Shown: positions 23,365 to 35,375 of the stretch, one piece after another
How the letters are laid out: the number at the start of each line of letters is the position of its first letter
Numbering within the stretch: the stretch's first letter is position 1
DNA from: Utricularia gibba
Taxonomy: Eukaryota; Plantae; Magnoliophyta
Assembly: GCA_002189035.1 (NCBI GenBank)
Contig: NEEC01000018.1
Coordinates: 1,240,001 to 1,304,000 of the forward strand
DNA length: 64,000 nt
Direction: 5' to 3'
Position numbers and translations under genes: made by a program
The notes under the pieces: model-generated
Told to the model about the DNA's origin: nothing
Seen by the model: the letters and a program-made list of their open reading frames with translations, nothing else
Databases searched by the model: none

Positions 23365-26059
23365 ATGGCCACGGCTACCCACAGAAATCGTCGGAGATCC
23401 GAAGAATTTGCCGTTGATGGCATCGTTTCCCACTCTACCAAAAGGAAATTTTCAAGTTTTTTGCTAGTTTTTGTGGTTTTGATTGTAGTCGGAGAGATCG
23501 CATTTTTGCTCAGGCTAGACATGGCGAAAAATGCTGAAATGGTTAACTCGTGGGCCGAGTCTTTCTATGCCTTCACCCGAGAAGGGTCATCGGAGAGTTT
23601 GCGGCGTGGCAGGGGATTGGACATCGTAGATGAGGAGACCTGCCGCGCGTGGTTGGAAAGGGAGGACTACGTGAGTTATTCAAGAGATTACCAGAAGGAC
23701 CCCATTTATGTTCTTGGAGATCCAGAGGTATCTTTCATTCTGCTTGGAAATGTCTGCTAGTTTTATTTCCTTGATGAAATGATCACTTCCAGCTAACATA
23801 ATGGGTTTTGTGTCACATGTACAAGTACAAGAGTCTACCTCTCTTTAAGGCAAAGAAAAGAAAGGGAGAACGTTTATGCCTGTGATTCATAAAATATTAT
23901 GTTTCTATGAGGTCATCGCGTTGAAAAACTAGAGCATGATGGTTTACCTCATTCCAGGATGGAAAGTACGAATAGAGTTAGAAGGTTTCAACGGATAATT
24001 TCTATATTGCATCCGTTGTTTTTCTGTAGTCTCGTTGTTACAATAAATCTTACCTTGAAATATCTTATTTTGCATTACTTTGGATGCATTCCGGAACGAT
24101 GCTATCAGGATAGAGTTGTGAGGACAGAAGACAAATTGATTAGGATGTCTGTGGGAACACTATATTAAGGGTTGAATGTTGAAATGGAAAACCAGAATTG
24201 ATTTTTAATTTTTAGCAGATCTGGTTCAGAGATAAAATGAACATAAACGCTGACTTTCTACATTAGTGTGTGGGATTGTAAAGTCTTCATGAAAACAATT
24301 TTGTAAATCATATCTTTTTTTGTGCAGGATTGGAAGTTTTGTTCTATCGGATGTAAGTTTGGAAAGCCAGTTGGAAAGAATCCAGATGCTGCATTCGGCC
24401 GTCCTCAGGCACCAGGAGTGTCTAGTGTGCTAAGGTCAATGGAGTCAGCTATGTATTATCCAGAGAATAATATTGATAATGCAAGACGGTAGGTGAGCAC
24501 ATAACACAGTTGCTTTTTGCCTCTTTTTATCTTGCTGCTGGAATTGAAATGTCATGAGCAACTTTTGGATTGCAATGTGCTTTAATGGTAGAATTTGAAT
24601 TGCTGTTTACCATTCATTTTTTTCGTTAGAAATTGAAGGAGAAATTACTAAAAGCTAATCTCAAATTACTGGATCCTTTGTTCAATTATCACTTTATTTT
24701 CATGTTCGTAGGAGGGGATTCGAGGTTGTAATGACAACAAGTCTTTCTTCTGATGTGCCTGTGGGATATTTCTCTTGGGCTGAATATGATATTATGGCTC
24801 CATTACAACCAAAAACAGAAACCTCTCTTGCTGCTGCTTTCATTTCTAATTGTGGTGCTCGTAATTTTCGGTTGCAAGCCTTGACTGCACTTGAGAAGGC
24901 TGACATTAAAATTGATTCCTATGGCGGTTGCCATAGAAACCGTGATGGAAGAGGTGAACTCATTATATTTAGTATCCTTGCATCTGCTTATGCCTGCTCG
25001 TAACAAGCAATGAAATTTGTTTTAGTTTCTGGTTTTATGTATTTCAGTGGACAAGGTGGAAACGTTGAAGAAATACAAATTCAGCCTGGCTTTTGAGAAC
25101 TCTAACGAAGAGGATTATGTAACTGAGAAGTTCTTCCAGTCTCTTGTAGCCGGTAACTAATTACCTTTCCTCCCATCGTTTTCGTCTTTATCAAACAAAT
25201 CAACCATTAGTGTCTCCAGGATCATTCAAGATCTTCATATTGCATATTGTTAACTCCAGGTACCATACCTGTTGTAATCGGTGCTCCTAACATTCAAGAT
25301 TTTGCACCATCCCCCGGATCACTCTTGCATATTAAGGAAGTGAAAGATGTCGAATCAGTCGCTGCAAGGATGAAGTATCTTGCTTCACACCCCGCCGCAT
25401 TCAACGACTCACTGAGGTCTGTCTCATCATACCAATAGAATCTCGTGCATCTTTGATTGCTAGAAGTACCAGTGCCAACCCCATCTCTTTCATTTGCTCA
25501 GGTGGAAGATGGAGGGGCCATCTGATGCCTTCAAAGCTCTACTCGACATGGCCGCAGTACACTCCTCATGCCGTTTGTGCATCTTTTTAGGAACCAAAAT
25601 GCAACTCACAGAAGAAGAACAAACTCCAGACTTCCAAAAACGTCCCTGCAAGTGTAGCTTCGGCTCAAAAACCATATACCACATATACATCAGAGAAAGG
25701 GGCCGTTTCCTCATGGAGTCCGTGTTCCTGAGGTACATTAAAAGAGCCCCATATCCACCCTCATCTCTTCTACCTTCTTTAGCTAACCAGCCATCCGATG
25801 CAGGTCCGATAACTTAACCATGGCGGCTCTATCTTCGGCCACCGTGTCGAAGTTCAAGTCCCTGAATCACATCCCTGTCTGGAAATCCGAGCGGCCGGAA
25901 AGCCTCAGAGGGGGAGATGAGCTCAAAGTCTACAAAATCTACCCTCTGGGACTGACTCAAAGACAGGCACTCTACACTTTTGGATTCAACGATGACCACA
26001 CCTTCAAGCGTCATATAGAAAACCACCCCTGTGCCAAGTTCGAAGTCATATTCGTGTAG
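23365..26059 (+). CDS. FUT11: Core alpha-1,3-fucosyltransferase (GT10), 7 exons
   Basis: N-terminal TM anchor ([14 protein letters not shown]), [17 protein letters not shown], alpha1,3-FucT motif [22 protein letters not shown]-terminal [15 protein letters not shown] junctions are in frame. Confidence 0.95.
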
Positions 26060-26363
26060 CCCCTGCCTCCTGGTAACCGCTCCCCTCTGCTAGGTTTCAT
26101 TTTCCAGCCACACACCTTTCTGATTAGCAGAACGTTGAACGCACATTTTGTTGAGATTCGTTTCATTAAGTTTGGGTGTTAGTTTATGAAATGTGTATTA
26201 AATTAAAATTGCCGTCAAAAATTGCATTTGGTTGGTTTTTTTCATTAATTTACATATTTGCACCACAAATAAGGCTTCATTTGATTGGAGGGTTGGTGAT
26301 TAACTTGAGTATGAATTATTTGAATATCTTTAAACCTATAGTAATGAGTTTTATATAAAAAGC

Positions 26364-26659
26364 ATGTTTGGTTACTGGATTAATATTATTTAAGTTTGTT
26401 ACTATATGTATGTTGTATGTTGATTTATATAAAAAAATGTATTTAGCATATTTATGTATAAATTTATTTTAACATCCTTTAAAATAAGGGTAAAATTAAA
26501 AAATAAAAAAATGTTATAAAATGAGTATATTTAAACTCATCTCCTATGTGAGTTTAGATAAACTCATATCTATATATGAACTCATATTTATGTTTTTTTG
26601 GGTTGATCTAAACCTATCGAATAATATTTATATCTGATAATAAATTATATACCAAACAT
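26364..26659. mobile_element. Tourist-like MITE
   Basis: Terminal inverted repeat atgtttggt (26364-26372) / accaaacat (26651-26659), internal palindrome aaactcatctcctatgtgagttt, AT-rich, ~300 bp. Confidence 0.5.
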
Positions 26660-26670
26660 TTTTAAAATAT

Positions 26671-26768
26671 TAGAACTATTTATAAACTTCATTAAACTGG
26701 TAAACCAAACTAGAACTATTTATAAACTTCATTAAACTGGTAAACCAATCTAGAACTATTTATAAACT
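26671..26768. repeat. 40-bp tandem repeat, ~2.4 copies
   Basis: tagaactatttataaacttcattaaactggtaaaccaaac starts at 26671, 26711 and 26751. Confidence 0.9.
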
Positions 26769-26904
26769 AGGGAGTTAAATATATAATATTTATTTTTTTA
26801 ATAAATTAATGAAAACATAATTGAGAAAGAGATTCTTCAAACATGTGCCTAATTGTAGACTTTGGATTGAATTCTTTTTATATTGAATTAGAATCTAATT
26901 TAAT

Positions 26905-27127
26905 TATTGTTTGAAAAATTTTTAAAATCTATTTTTACTTTTTAGAAATAAAAATAGTTTTATTTTAAAATATTTTTAATTGTAAAAGTAATTCTATCAA
27001 AAATATTTTTAAAATTAGAATTATAAAAATTATTTTTAAAAAATTAAAAAATTGATTATTTTTATTTTTACTTTTTAAAAGTAATTTTAAAAATAAAAAC
27101 AGTTTTCAAAAATTTTCAATAACAATG
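26905..27127. mobile_element. MITE-like element, family A copy 3
   Basis: tattgtttgaaaaattttt...aaaagtaattctatcaaaa...ttttcaaaaattttcaataacaatg, colinear with copies 1 and 2. Confidence 0.65.
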
Positions 27128-27608
27128 ATTTAATATATTGTATAAAATTATGAAAATAAAAATAATTATTTAACTTTAATTTTTGTAATAAAAATAGTCA
27201 AACCAAAAAAATCAGTAAGGTACAAAACTATAGTCAGAGGATGCACAGTTACTATTGGAGTAAACGGGTGTTTTGCTTAGTATGAAAGCCGAAGGGTGCA
27301 CTTGGAAATCTGTAAGGGCACGGATACCCCTGAAGTGCCGGAGGAGCCACGCCGGCGGTGCTCGTGCAACTGCTCTTTTCCGGTGAAGACTTGTGTCTCT
27401 TTACATCTCTCGATCCGGCTCCACTAGTCGTGTCATTTTCTGTTTTTCGCCAGTGCAATGGACCGCACCTTCCTGGAGATAAGTTTCTTGTAGATAGAAG
27501 AAAAGCTACGAAGATTGTGCTTATGCGATGAACATTTGAGATTTGTTTCGGTTCAATGTTGCTTAATTCATTAGTTCCATGTCATTCGATTGGTGTTCAA
27601 ATTCGCTG

Positions 27609-29441
27609 ATGGAATCCTTCTGGAATGACAATGGCCCTCCCGCGGCTTCGCATTTCGTCATTGCGCTATGCTTCGCCTTTTCCTTCGTCGCGGCTAGGTT
27701 TTTCTTCGATAGGTTTATTCACCGTGTAAGATTCTTCTTCCTACGACGGTCTTTTGCTATGTTATTAATGCACTTAGTATTATTGCAATAATGTTTCTAG
27801 GAATCTAGTGGAATTATGCAGCTACATTATTATTTTACTGAATATTTGCTCATAATACGGAGGGGTATTTTTTACTGAAGGAATAAATGACAGGGGGAGG
27901 CTGTGTCTAAATTTTGTGAAGTTTAATTATTTTGGCTATTGCTAGGCCTAATCTTCATTAGGGCTCTTTAGCCAAAGTCTTATTTTATCTGAAGAGAGGG
28001 CTTTCAAGCTGTTTTTCAATCAGTGCTTTAGTGTGTGATTATTTATTATTTCAATGCTAGGGATGATATGTAGATCTCGGTGTGGATGAAGATTAAAAAA
28101 CATTAAAAAGTTTGCTGTCTCTTGAGCATCATCACTCTTAAGTTTCGACAGTTGTGTTTTACTTCTCCAAAATGGTAATCCCTTTCAGAGATTGGCTATT
28201 TGGTTGTTGCGTAGAGGCAGAGAGCATCTGAAAATGAATGACTCAACAAGAGCAAAGATTGCTAAATTCTCAGAGTCCATGTGGAAACTTTCATACTACG
28301 CGACAGCTGAACTTTTCCTCCTGGCTACTACTTCTCATGAGCCTTGGTTTGGAAATATAAAACAGTATTTTGAAGGCTGGCCTGATCATGAACTGAAGTA
28401 AGTCATCTATACTGATAGCCGTGTGCTAGAAGGTTTCATTAAGACTTGATGGTAGATCTACATTTTTTTGTTGTCTAGAGTTCTCATTTCGTGTTTGATG
28501 ATGTAGGATCACTAGATTCATTGTCGTTCTGCTCTCTCCCCTTGAAACTTATATATATGCATATTGGCTGAACGTATAAATATATCTTCATGCTCTTGTA
28601 TTTCAAAATTCTAATGATGGATTTATTTCAGGCGCCCCGTGAAACTTATATATATGTGCCAGTGCGGCTTCTATATCTTCAGCATTGCTGCACTTCTTCT
28701 GTGGGAAACACGGCGTAAGGATTTTGCTGTAATGATGTCTCATCATGTTGTCACCGTGGTCCTCATTTCATATTCTTACATTACTAGGTATCCTTTATGC
28801 ATACTCTGCTTGTGCCCTTTCCACCCTCCCTGCCCATGGTTTAATCCACTCATTGGAATTTTCTTTCAGGTTCTTTCGAATAGGTACCGTTATCCTCGCA
28901 TTGCATGACGCCAGTGATGTATTTCTTGAATCAGCAAAGATTTTCAAGTACTTGAAGAATGAGCTTGGAGCTAGTGTCTGTTTTGGTTTGTTTGCACTTT
29001 CTTGGCTTGTTCTAAGGCTCATATTCTTTCCATTTTGGGTCATCAGATCATCAAGGTTTGGTTCTCAATCAATTATGCATTCTTTCCATGGTTTCTGGTC
29101 ACTAACCCATTCCACATCCCCTTTTTTTTCTTTTAATGGTTACGATTCTTCAGCTACTATTCCTGCTACGCATTGAACCTCTCGGAGACCCACGATACAG
29201 CAGTATACTATGTCTTCAACGCTATGCTACTCACCCTGCTTGTTTTCCACGTTTACTGGTGGAAGCTGATATGCGCGATGATAATGAGACAGCTGAAAAG
29301 TCGAGGCAAAGTCGGGGAAGATATAAGATCCGGTAGGCATTTCATGATACCCTGCTTGTTTACATCTTCCCATTTCATTCTGGTGTTTACATCTTCCCAT
29401 TTCTTGTTTATCTGCTTACAGACTCGGAAAACGATGAGTAA
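27609..29441 (+). CDS. LOH2: Ceramide synthase (LAG1 homolog 2), 6 exons
   Basis: RLAIWLL...RAKIAKFSESMWKLSYY; YMCQCGFYIFSIAALLLWETRRKDFAVMMSHHV (Lag1 motif) ...LALHDASDVFLESAKIFKY...GKVGEDIRSDSENDE*. Confidence 0.95.
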
Positions 29442-31465
29442 TCAGAATCATCCCGTTGGAGAACTGCGCTAGAGGTATTTTCTTGTGTAACCTCACTGAA
29501 CTTGTATTGGGCTCAGATTCTACCTGCATACTCTCTTTTAAATTTGATTCGAGCAACAAGAAAAGCACACAAATGCTGTTTCCCGTAGAGATGGATGCCT
29601 TTTTGTCATACGTCTGTGTCATTCTGTCATCAACAGCACGCGTGGCAGGCAGCAAGCATGGCTAAATTGCCAGCTTGTGTAACCCTCAAAATCCCTGCTG
29701 CATGTGCACTTGAAACGCAGGGCTAACAGATCCCCTTTCTCCTCCACATTCACAGCCCCATCAGAAGAAGAATTTTCCATAGTTTCTTGATCTTGTTCCT
29801 GGAATTTTCATCCATTTTCTGCTGTGCAAATTACAGGAATAAAAAGCTATAGTTGATCGAGGTGGTCGATTGGGGAGACTGGTTTTTTTTTTTTTTTTTT
29901 ATTTGAGTGATTTCTTCCTCATTGCCTTCCAAAGCCAGTTTGCCCCACCAGCTCCTCGTCTCTTTCGCCGTTGCCTCGATTTTGCGAAGTCTCTGTAACA
30001 GGGAGAAAGAAGCGTATACGCCACAGCCTCTTTCCTCATTGCCCAGTTCTTTTTCATCTGAGCAGCACTGGGTGATTGAGTTTACTTGACAACCTTTGCA
30101 TTGGGACTACTTCCCGGAGAAGGAGAGCAGTTCCTTCGTAGCTGCGACGCGCCGCCGGTAGCTGTGTAATCGGACGATATGCATCGTACAACGAGCAGCA
30201 GCGCATTCGGGGATTGGTGAGACTCTTGAATGGAGTATCTGATTCTCACGGGAGGTCCCTGCGGCGGCGTGTCGAATCCAGTGACAGAAGAAGCGGGGGA
30301 TTCTTGATATGGTAGCGGTGGAGGAGGAGGGTCGGAGTTGGCATCGGAGGGTACAGGGAGAGACGCCGGAAAAGCACTTTAATGTACCCAATGAAGTTAT
30401 AACTGTCCGTATCGGCCGCTGCGCAGTGGCGATTCTCGGCGGTTCTTTATAGCGACCCCTCCGATTCTTGAAGCGACGACAACGGGGGAGCCCATCCTTT
30501 AACGGAGTTGCAGACTCGATCGGTACGCTACGGCGTGGAATGATCGTGGGCGGTGAAGTAATCTCCGTACATGAGCGGCGGTTCTTGAAATCCCGGCGAC
30601 AAACTCGGATCCGGTGAGCTTAGTCGAATCAACGCAAAGAAATTACCAAAAGCGGCAAACTAACACCTTTCATCCAACTGTAAAGTGTAAAACACCATCG
30701 TTGCGCTTTAAACCGACCGACCACAATAATAATAAAATAAATACAAATATAAACTCGGCACGCGCTACTATAATAGTCAACGTTACCGTGTGAACAAACG
30801 CCACATCTAAAAAGTATTTTTCTTTCTTAGATGAAAAGAAAGAAAATTCCTTATCCTAATATCTGAGTTCAATTATCTTGAGTTGTATCCTTTTTTAATA
30901 GATTGAATCAAGTTTAATTCATTTTTAAAATATTATAAAAATAAATAATCTTAGATTATTCGAATAAAAAAACTTATGTATTCCGGTTGAATCGAATTTA
31001 ATTCATGATTATTAAGATTAAAATTAATTCAAAGTTACTATCATTATATAAGATACTACACTTCAACATGGAAGAATCTATCCTGCCATTTGACCTACCT
31101 TTGACCATAGATGAAGAAGTCAAAAGGGCATAAAAGATCAATCATATCTTCCTACCGACCTGATTAATTTTGGTTATTTTATTTATTTTTATATTATGTA
31201 TTTAAAAATTTACTTTTGGTACATGAATATTAAATAATATTTAAATCAACATTTTTGTAGTATATTTTCATAAATTTCGACAACATTGGGATTTGGGGCG
31301 ATTTGTTTAACGCACGTGGCCAAACCGTATTATGCCCGTGTGGACGGAGTAACGAGTGTAGTGTGAGCTGGCATCTGGCTGGGCCCCGCCCCGGACATAG
31401 ATATATATAACAGGGGATGCGTTTGAGCTTTGACCATTTGAGTTCAGTCAAATCCTCTAATCGCC

Positions 31466-32038
31466 ATGCAAACCAAAAAGAGGTCAGCGGATGCAACGTC
31501 ACCGGAGGAGCTCGCCGACGTTGCATCTCGGAGGCTCACGGCGGAGGATGAAACTGCCGCGATGGTAACCGCCCTCAAACGCGTGATATCCGGCACCGAA
31601 AGCTCACCTGTGTCAGAAGACTTGCCCCCCGGAGAACGTAAACCTGGCGGAGAAGGAGCGCTCACGCTTACCGAAGATATGGAAACTTGTTTGGCATGCG
31701 GGATCAAGGGGTGTTTAGGGTGTAGTTACTTTGAAGAAGGGGTTACCGGTGACCGGAAGAGGAAAAAGAGGAATTACAGAGGGGTGCGGCAGCGGCCGTG
31801 GGGGAAATGGGCAGCTGAGATACGGGATCCCCGCAAGGCGGCGCGTGTGTGGCTGGGTACATTTGAGACGGCGGAGGATGCAGCTCGGGCTTATGATCGA
31901 GCTGCCATCAAGTTCCGTGGGCCGCGAGCGAAGCTCAACTTTCCGTTCACAGAGTACGCCGCCGGTGAAAACTCCTCCACGGCAGGGACGGGCGCCTTGA
32001 ATCGAAATTATGGCCGTCCTGGCTCATCTTCCAAATGA
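31466..32038 (+). CDS. ERF109: AP2/ERF transcription factor, group X (ERF109/RRTF1-like), 190 aa
   Basis: AP2 domain [19 protein letters not shown]...[25 protein letters not shown]-terminal [15 protein letters not shown] and CxxCxIxGCLGC motifs. TATA-like tatatataa at ~31402. Confidence 0.85.
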   Translation: MQTKKRSADATSPEELADVASRRLTAEDETAAMVTALKRVISGTESSPVSEDLPPGERKPGGEGALTLTEDMETCLACGIKGCLGCSYFEEGVTGDRKRKKRNYRGVRQRPWGKWAAEIRDPRKAARVWLGTFETAEDAARAYDRAAIKFRGPRAKLNFPFTEYAAGENSSTAGTGALNRNYGRPGSSSK

Positions 32039-32384
32039 TCCTATCTGGATTAACACTCATAAACATGTAACTTCCACCTAACCAACAGTTTTTTTATTCA
32101 ATTGTACGACTCTGTAAGATGTGAAAAAGGAGGCCTTGAACTATTTCATAGATATCAATCAAAAGATCACAATACTTACAATGACAATGCAGAGAATCTT
32201 CCTCCACATGATATTTGTGTGGATATGAATTTTGAACCCAAACCAGCAATCCAAAATGACAAACCGATCACCGATTAGCCCGTTACCAAATGATCCGCAA
32301 AACAGCTTCGGTTTTCATGGATTAACCGAATAATCCATGAAAATCAACCCAGAGGAGCATAGTTAAAAGAGGCGAAGAAGGATG

Positions 32385-33148
32385 TCACCAGGAGTCATTG
32401 CAAGAGCATTGACCGTACTCTAGTGATGGAACCTTCTGTCGTCCCTAACAGCAGCTCTCTTCCAACTATTGTGTACATGAGCTTGATGGCATTGTGACAG
32501 CCACCGCATATACGTAAATTTTGTATGATCCGAAGACCATAAGCAGTTGCTAAATGCTCACTGTGGTGGAGCAGCCCTTGTTCAATTTCCTCCTGATAAA
32601 TGTCACGAAGGACATACCTCGTGTCCGCTCATATCTTTGTTCTTTCTTCGCAGGTCTCGTCTTCTGTCTTCAATGTAAGATTGTGGAATTCTGGCATCCT
32701 CTTCTCCCAACACGCATATTTGTGGCAGTCTGCTTCCTGAGAGGAGGAGTGGGAATCCTGGTAGCCACAGATTTTGGAATCTCTATACTGGCCATCAACT
32801 CTTCACACCCCCCCTCAAGATCATCAGTATCCTGCTCCCAGGTCCGAAGTCGGTGGTTGCGTCTCACCTCTTCGCTGGTTGCCCTGTAAATGATGGTTAT
32901 AATCACCTGCACGGGAACACATAATCGGTACTTGATTGGCTCCATAACCTTGATATTCATTCTGACGCCAATTACCAACATTTTCATCGGAAATAGCCAT
33001 ACCACTGATATCCCCGAATCTGAAGAATAGGCTTTTTCTCTCCTCGAAAGGCGTCACCTCACGAAGAAATCAGGGTCCTCGGAATAGTCCAACCGCCGTT
33101 TCGGCTGTCGTTGCTCGATCGGGGAGAAGGATTTGGCAAAGACGCCAT
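32385..33148 (-). pseudogene. DYW2: Short PPR-DYW deaminase (DYW2-like) pseudogene lacking the PPR array
   Basis: DDLEGGCEELMASIEIPKSVATRIPTPPLRKQTATNM resembles the DYW2 pre-DYW segment as recalled. It is followed by DTRYVLRDIYQEEIEQGLLHHSEHLATAYGL-RIIQNLRICGGCHNAIKLM..RDDRRFHH*..GQCSCNDSW*. Start MASL at 33148, Q/N/G-rich N-terminal remnant, no PPR motifs between, multiple stops and frameshifts. Confidence 0.85.
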
Positions 33149-33289
33149 AGTTTTCTTTTCCCTCCCAAAAGCTAAAACCCTGCTCCATGCCCCCTCCAGC
33201 GAACCAGGCCTAGCTCCATAGCCAAGCCAGGAGCCGAATCACAAAACCCACGCGTAAATCCACATCGACATTCAGGCATGGATCAAGTA

Positions 33290-33357
33290 AGCCCAAACAT
33301 TCACCCAACTCAAGCCCAATTTAATAAAGCCCAAAATCTTGACCCAAATAAGGCCCA
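33290..33357 (-). promoter_or_regulatory. Cluster of four site II motifs upstream of the DYW2 pseudogene
   Basis: AGCCCA at 33290, 33313 and 33328; GGCCCA at 33352. Confidence 0.65.
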
Positions 33358-34900
33358 GAACCGAAAACCCATGGATTGGTTATTAAAATAAATTTTTTAT
33401 TAATAATAAACATATCATTCATAAAAAAAATTAATTTGAATTCAATAAATAATCACCAATATATTATATTTCACACACTAAATTATAAAATTTATATTAT
33501 AGATATTCATTTTTCTCACACAATGTCACAATACATGATCGAATTTCTAATTAATCCAAAAAAAAACAAGGGAAAATAGACATGAAGGTAATTTACTGCA
33601 CACAGAAAAGGCACCGCAGGAGGAATAAGCAACAAGTATTAGTTAATGGGCCCCCTTGCACATTGAAGCGGCGTCGTTTTTGTTCCTGTTGTATTCACGT
33701 AACGGCTTCTTTTATTTTTGCAAGGGAGTTAATGTCTTATAATGTTCCCTCAGAAGGAGGAAGAGACGCTCGTCGGGTTTAAAAAGCCAGACCACATGGA
33801 ATCAACAGCCCATTTATTGTACAAAATCTACCACGCCCTATTCAATGGAATCCCACCTACTCCTCCATTATCACCCCATCTTTCCCTTTCAAAATTTACC
33901 CCCTTCATCTCAACCCCCCCATTTCTCCTAGTTTTCTTTACGTGTTTCGAATAAACGTTTTTTTTTTAACATTATCTGTGATACTATCGTACGATATTAT
34001 CTATTTTAGATATTTAAATTTCATGATGTTTTGTTTTCTTTCTAAAAATATTATGTAATATTAAAAACATTTTTATTTAATTATATTTTTTATTTGGTTC
34101 GTAATCAATATGAGATATCGTTATTAAGTTCGTGATCTTACATTTTTACTGTCTTAAACATTCAGTGTACTCCTTGAGTGATGTATGGTATTGCCATTGG
34201 TAGATGCTCCAATTTGATTTTGATACTAAATGTCATTAACTCAACTATTCTTGTATGATATTATACGTTTTTGAGTATTTAATTGTTATATTTTTATGTT
34301 ATCTATTTTCAAGAAAAAAAGCTTCTTACAAGATTATAAAGATTCATTTATTTAATTACATCTTTTATTTGCAACTAATGTGAGGTAACATTGCTAAACA
34401 CTTTATTTGATATATATATGTAATTGAAAGAGTATTATAAGTGTCTTTACGTCTTTAAAAATACTACATGTATAGTGAGAATTATGTTTATCTGATAGAT
34501 ACATTATTCATTATATATATAAATTTTTCCAATGATGTTTATTAAAACAATTTTCTCATTCGAGTTTCTGTTAATCAAATGAATTTTAATTCTTTGTTGA
34601 ATCTCTCTATTAACTATTTTTTCAATATGTTATTTAAACATACATAATTAAAATATATCATTTATTACATTTCTATCCTAAACACATCCTCTAATAAACA
34701 TGTTTTTCAACACTATTTATGTTAGATGAATTTTATTAATCAAGTGAACATTAATTATTTTTATTTATTTTAAATATATTTATTATATAGGAATATTATT
34801 TGAAACATATATTTATAAATTTATTGCTACACTATCAAAAACCCAATAAAAATACATTCACAAATTATAAATGTTAAAGGGAGTTTGGGAGCGAACCCCC

Positions 34901-35082
34901 CCGTTAGGTTGGAGATTCCCGGTAACGTAGACGGGCGATAGCCGGTGATGGTCTTAATTGCCACGTGGTGGGTTGTGATTACCATCCGTTTGCCTAATCA
35001 GGCTCTTGATGACTCTGAACGGCATCGCCACGTGCCTGTCGCCGTTAACGGCGTGAGGACCACATAAAAGGGGCGATAACGG
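34901..35082 (+). promoter_or_regulatory. MSA-like (AACGG) cluster plus two G-boxes upstream of KRP
   Basis: CCGTT at 34901, 34986 and 35042; AACGG at 35018, 35047 and 35078; CACGTG at 34962 and 35029. Confidence 0.6.
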
Positions 35083-35375
35083 CTTCCATAATTCTCCACA
35101 GTTGAGTTGGATCGACAATTGGCATCTTTTCCACAGTTTCCCGATTATACCCTCGCCTGTGCTTTCCTCTTAATCTCCACCGTCGGATGAAATTCCGTAT
35201 CTTTTTTCGCTTTCCGGTTTTGCCCCTGCTGTCATCTTCACCAACGCCGCAGTATTATAAGCCGGCCAACTGTGGCTACTGAAACTGCAGTGAGCTTCCC
35301 ACGCTTTTGATCGCGGTCTCTCAGATCCTCTTGTGCGTGGGTTGTGTGTGCGTAGTAGGAGATTGGAGATCGGAG

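Noticed and set aside
23728-23735. FUT11 intron 1 donor GTATCTTT as U12-type
   Set aside because: Mismatch at the near-invariant +6 C, and no U12 branch point.
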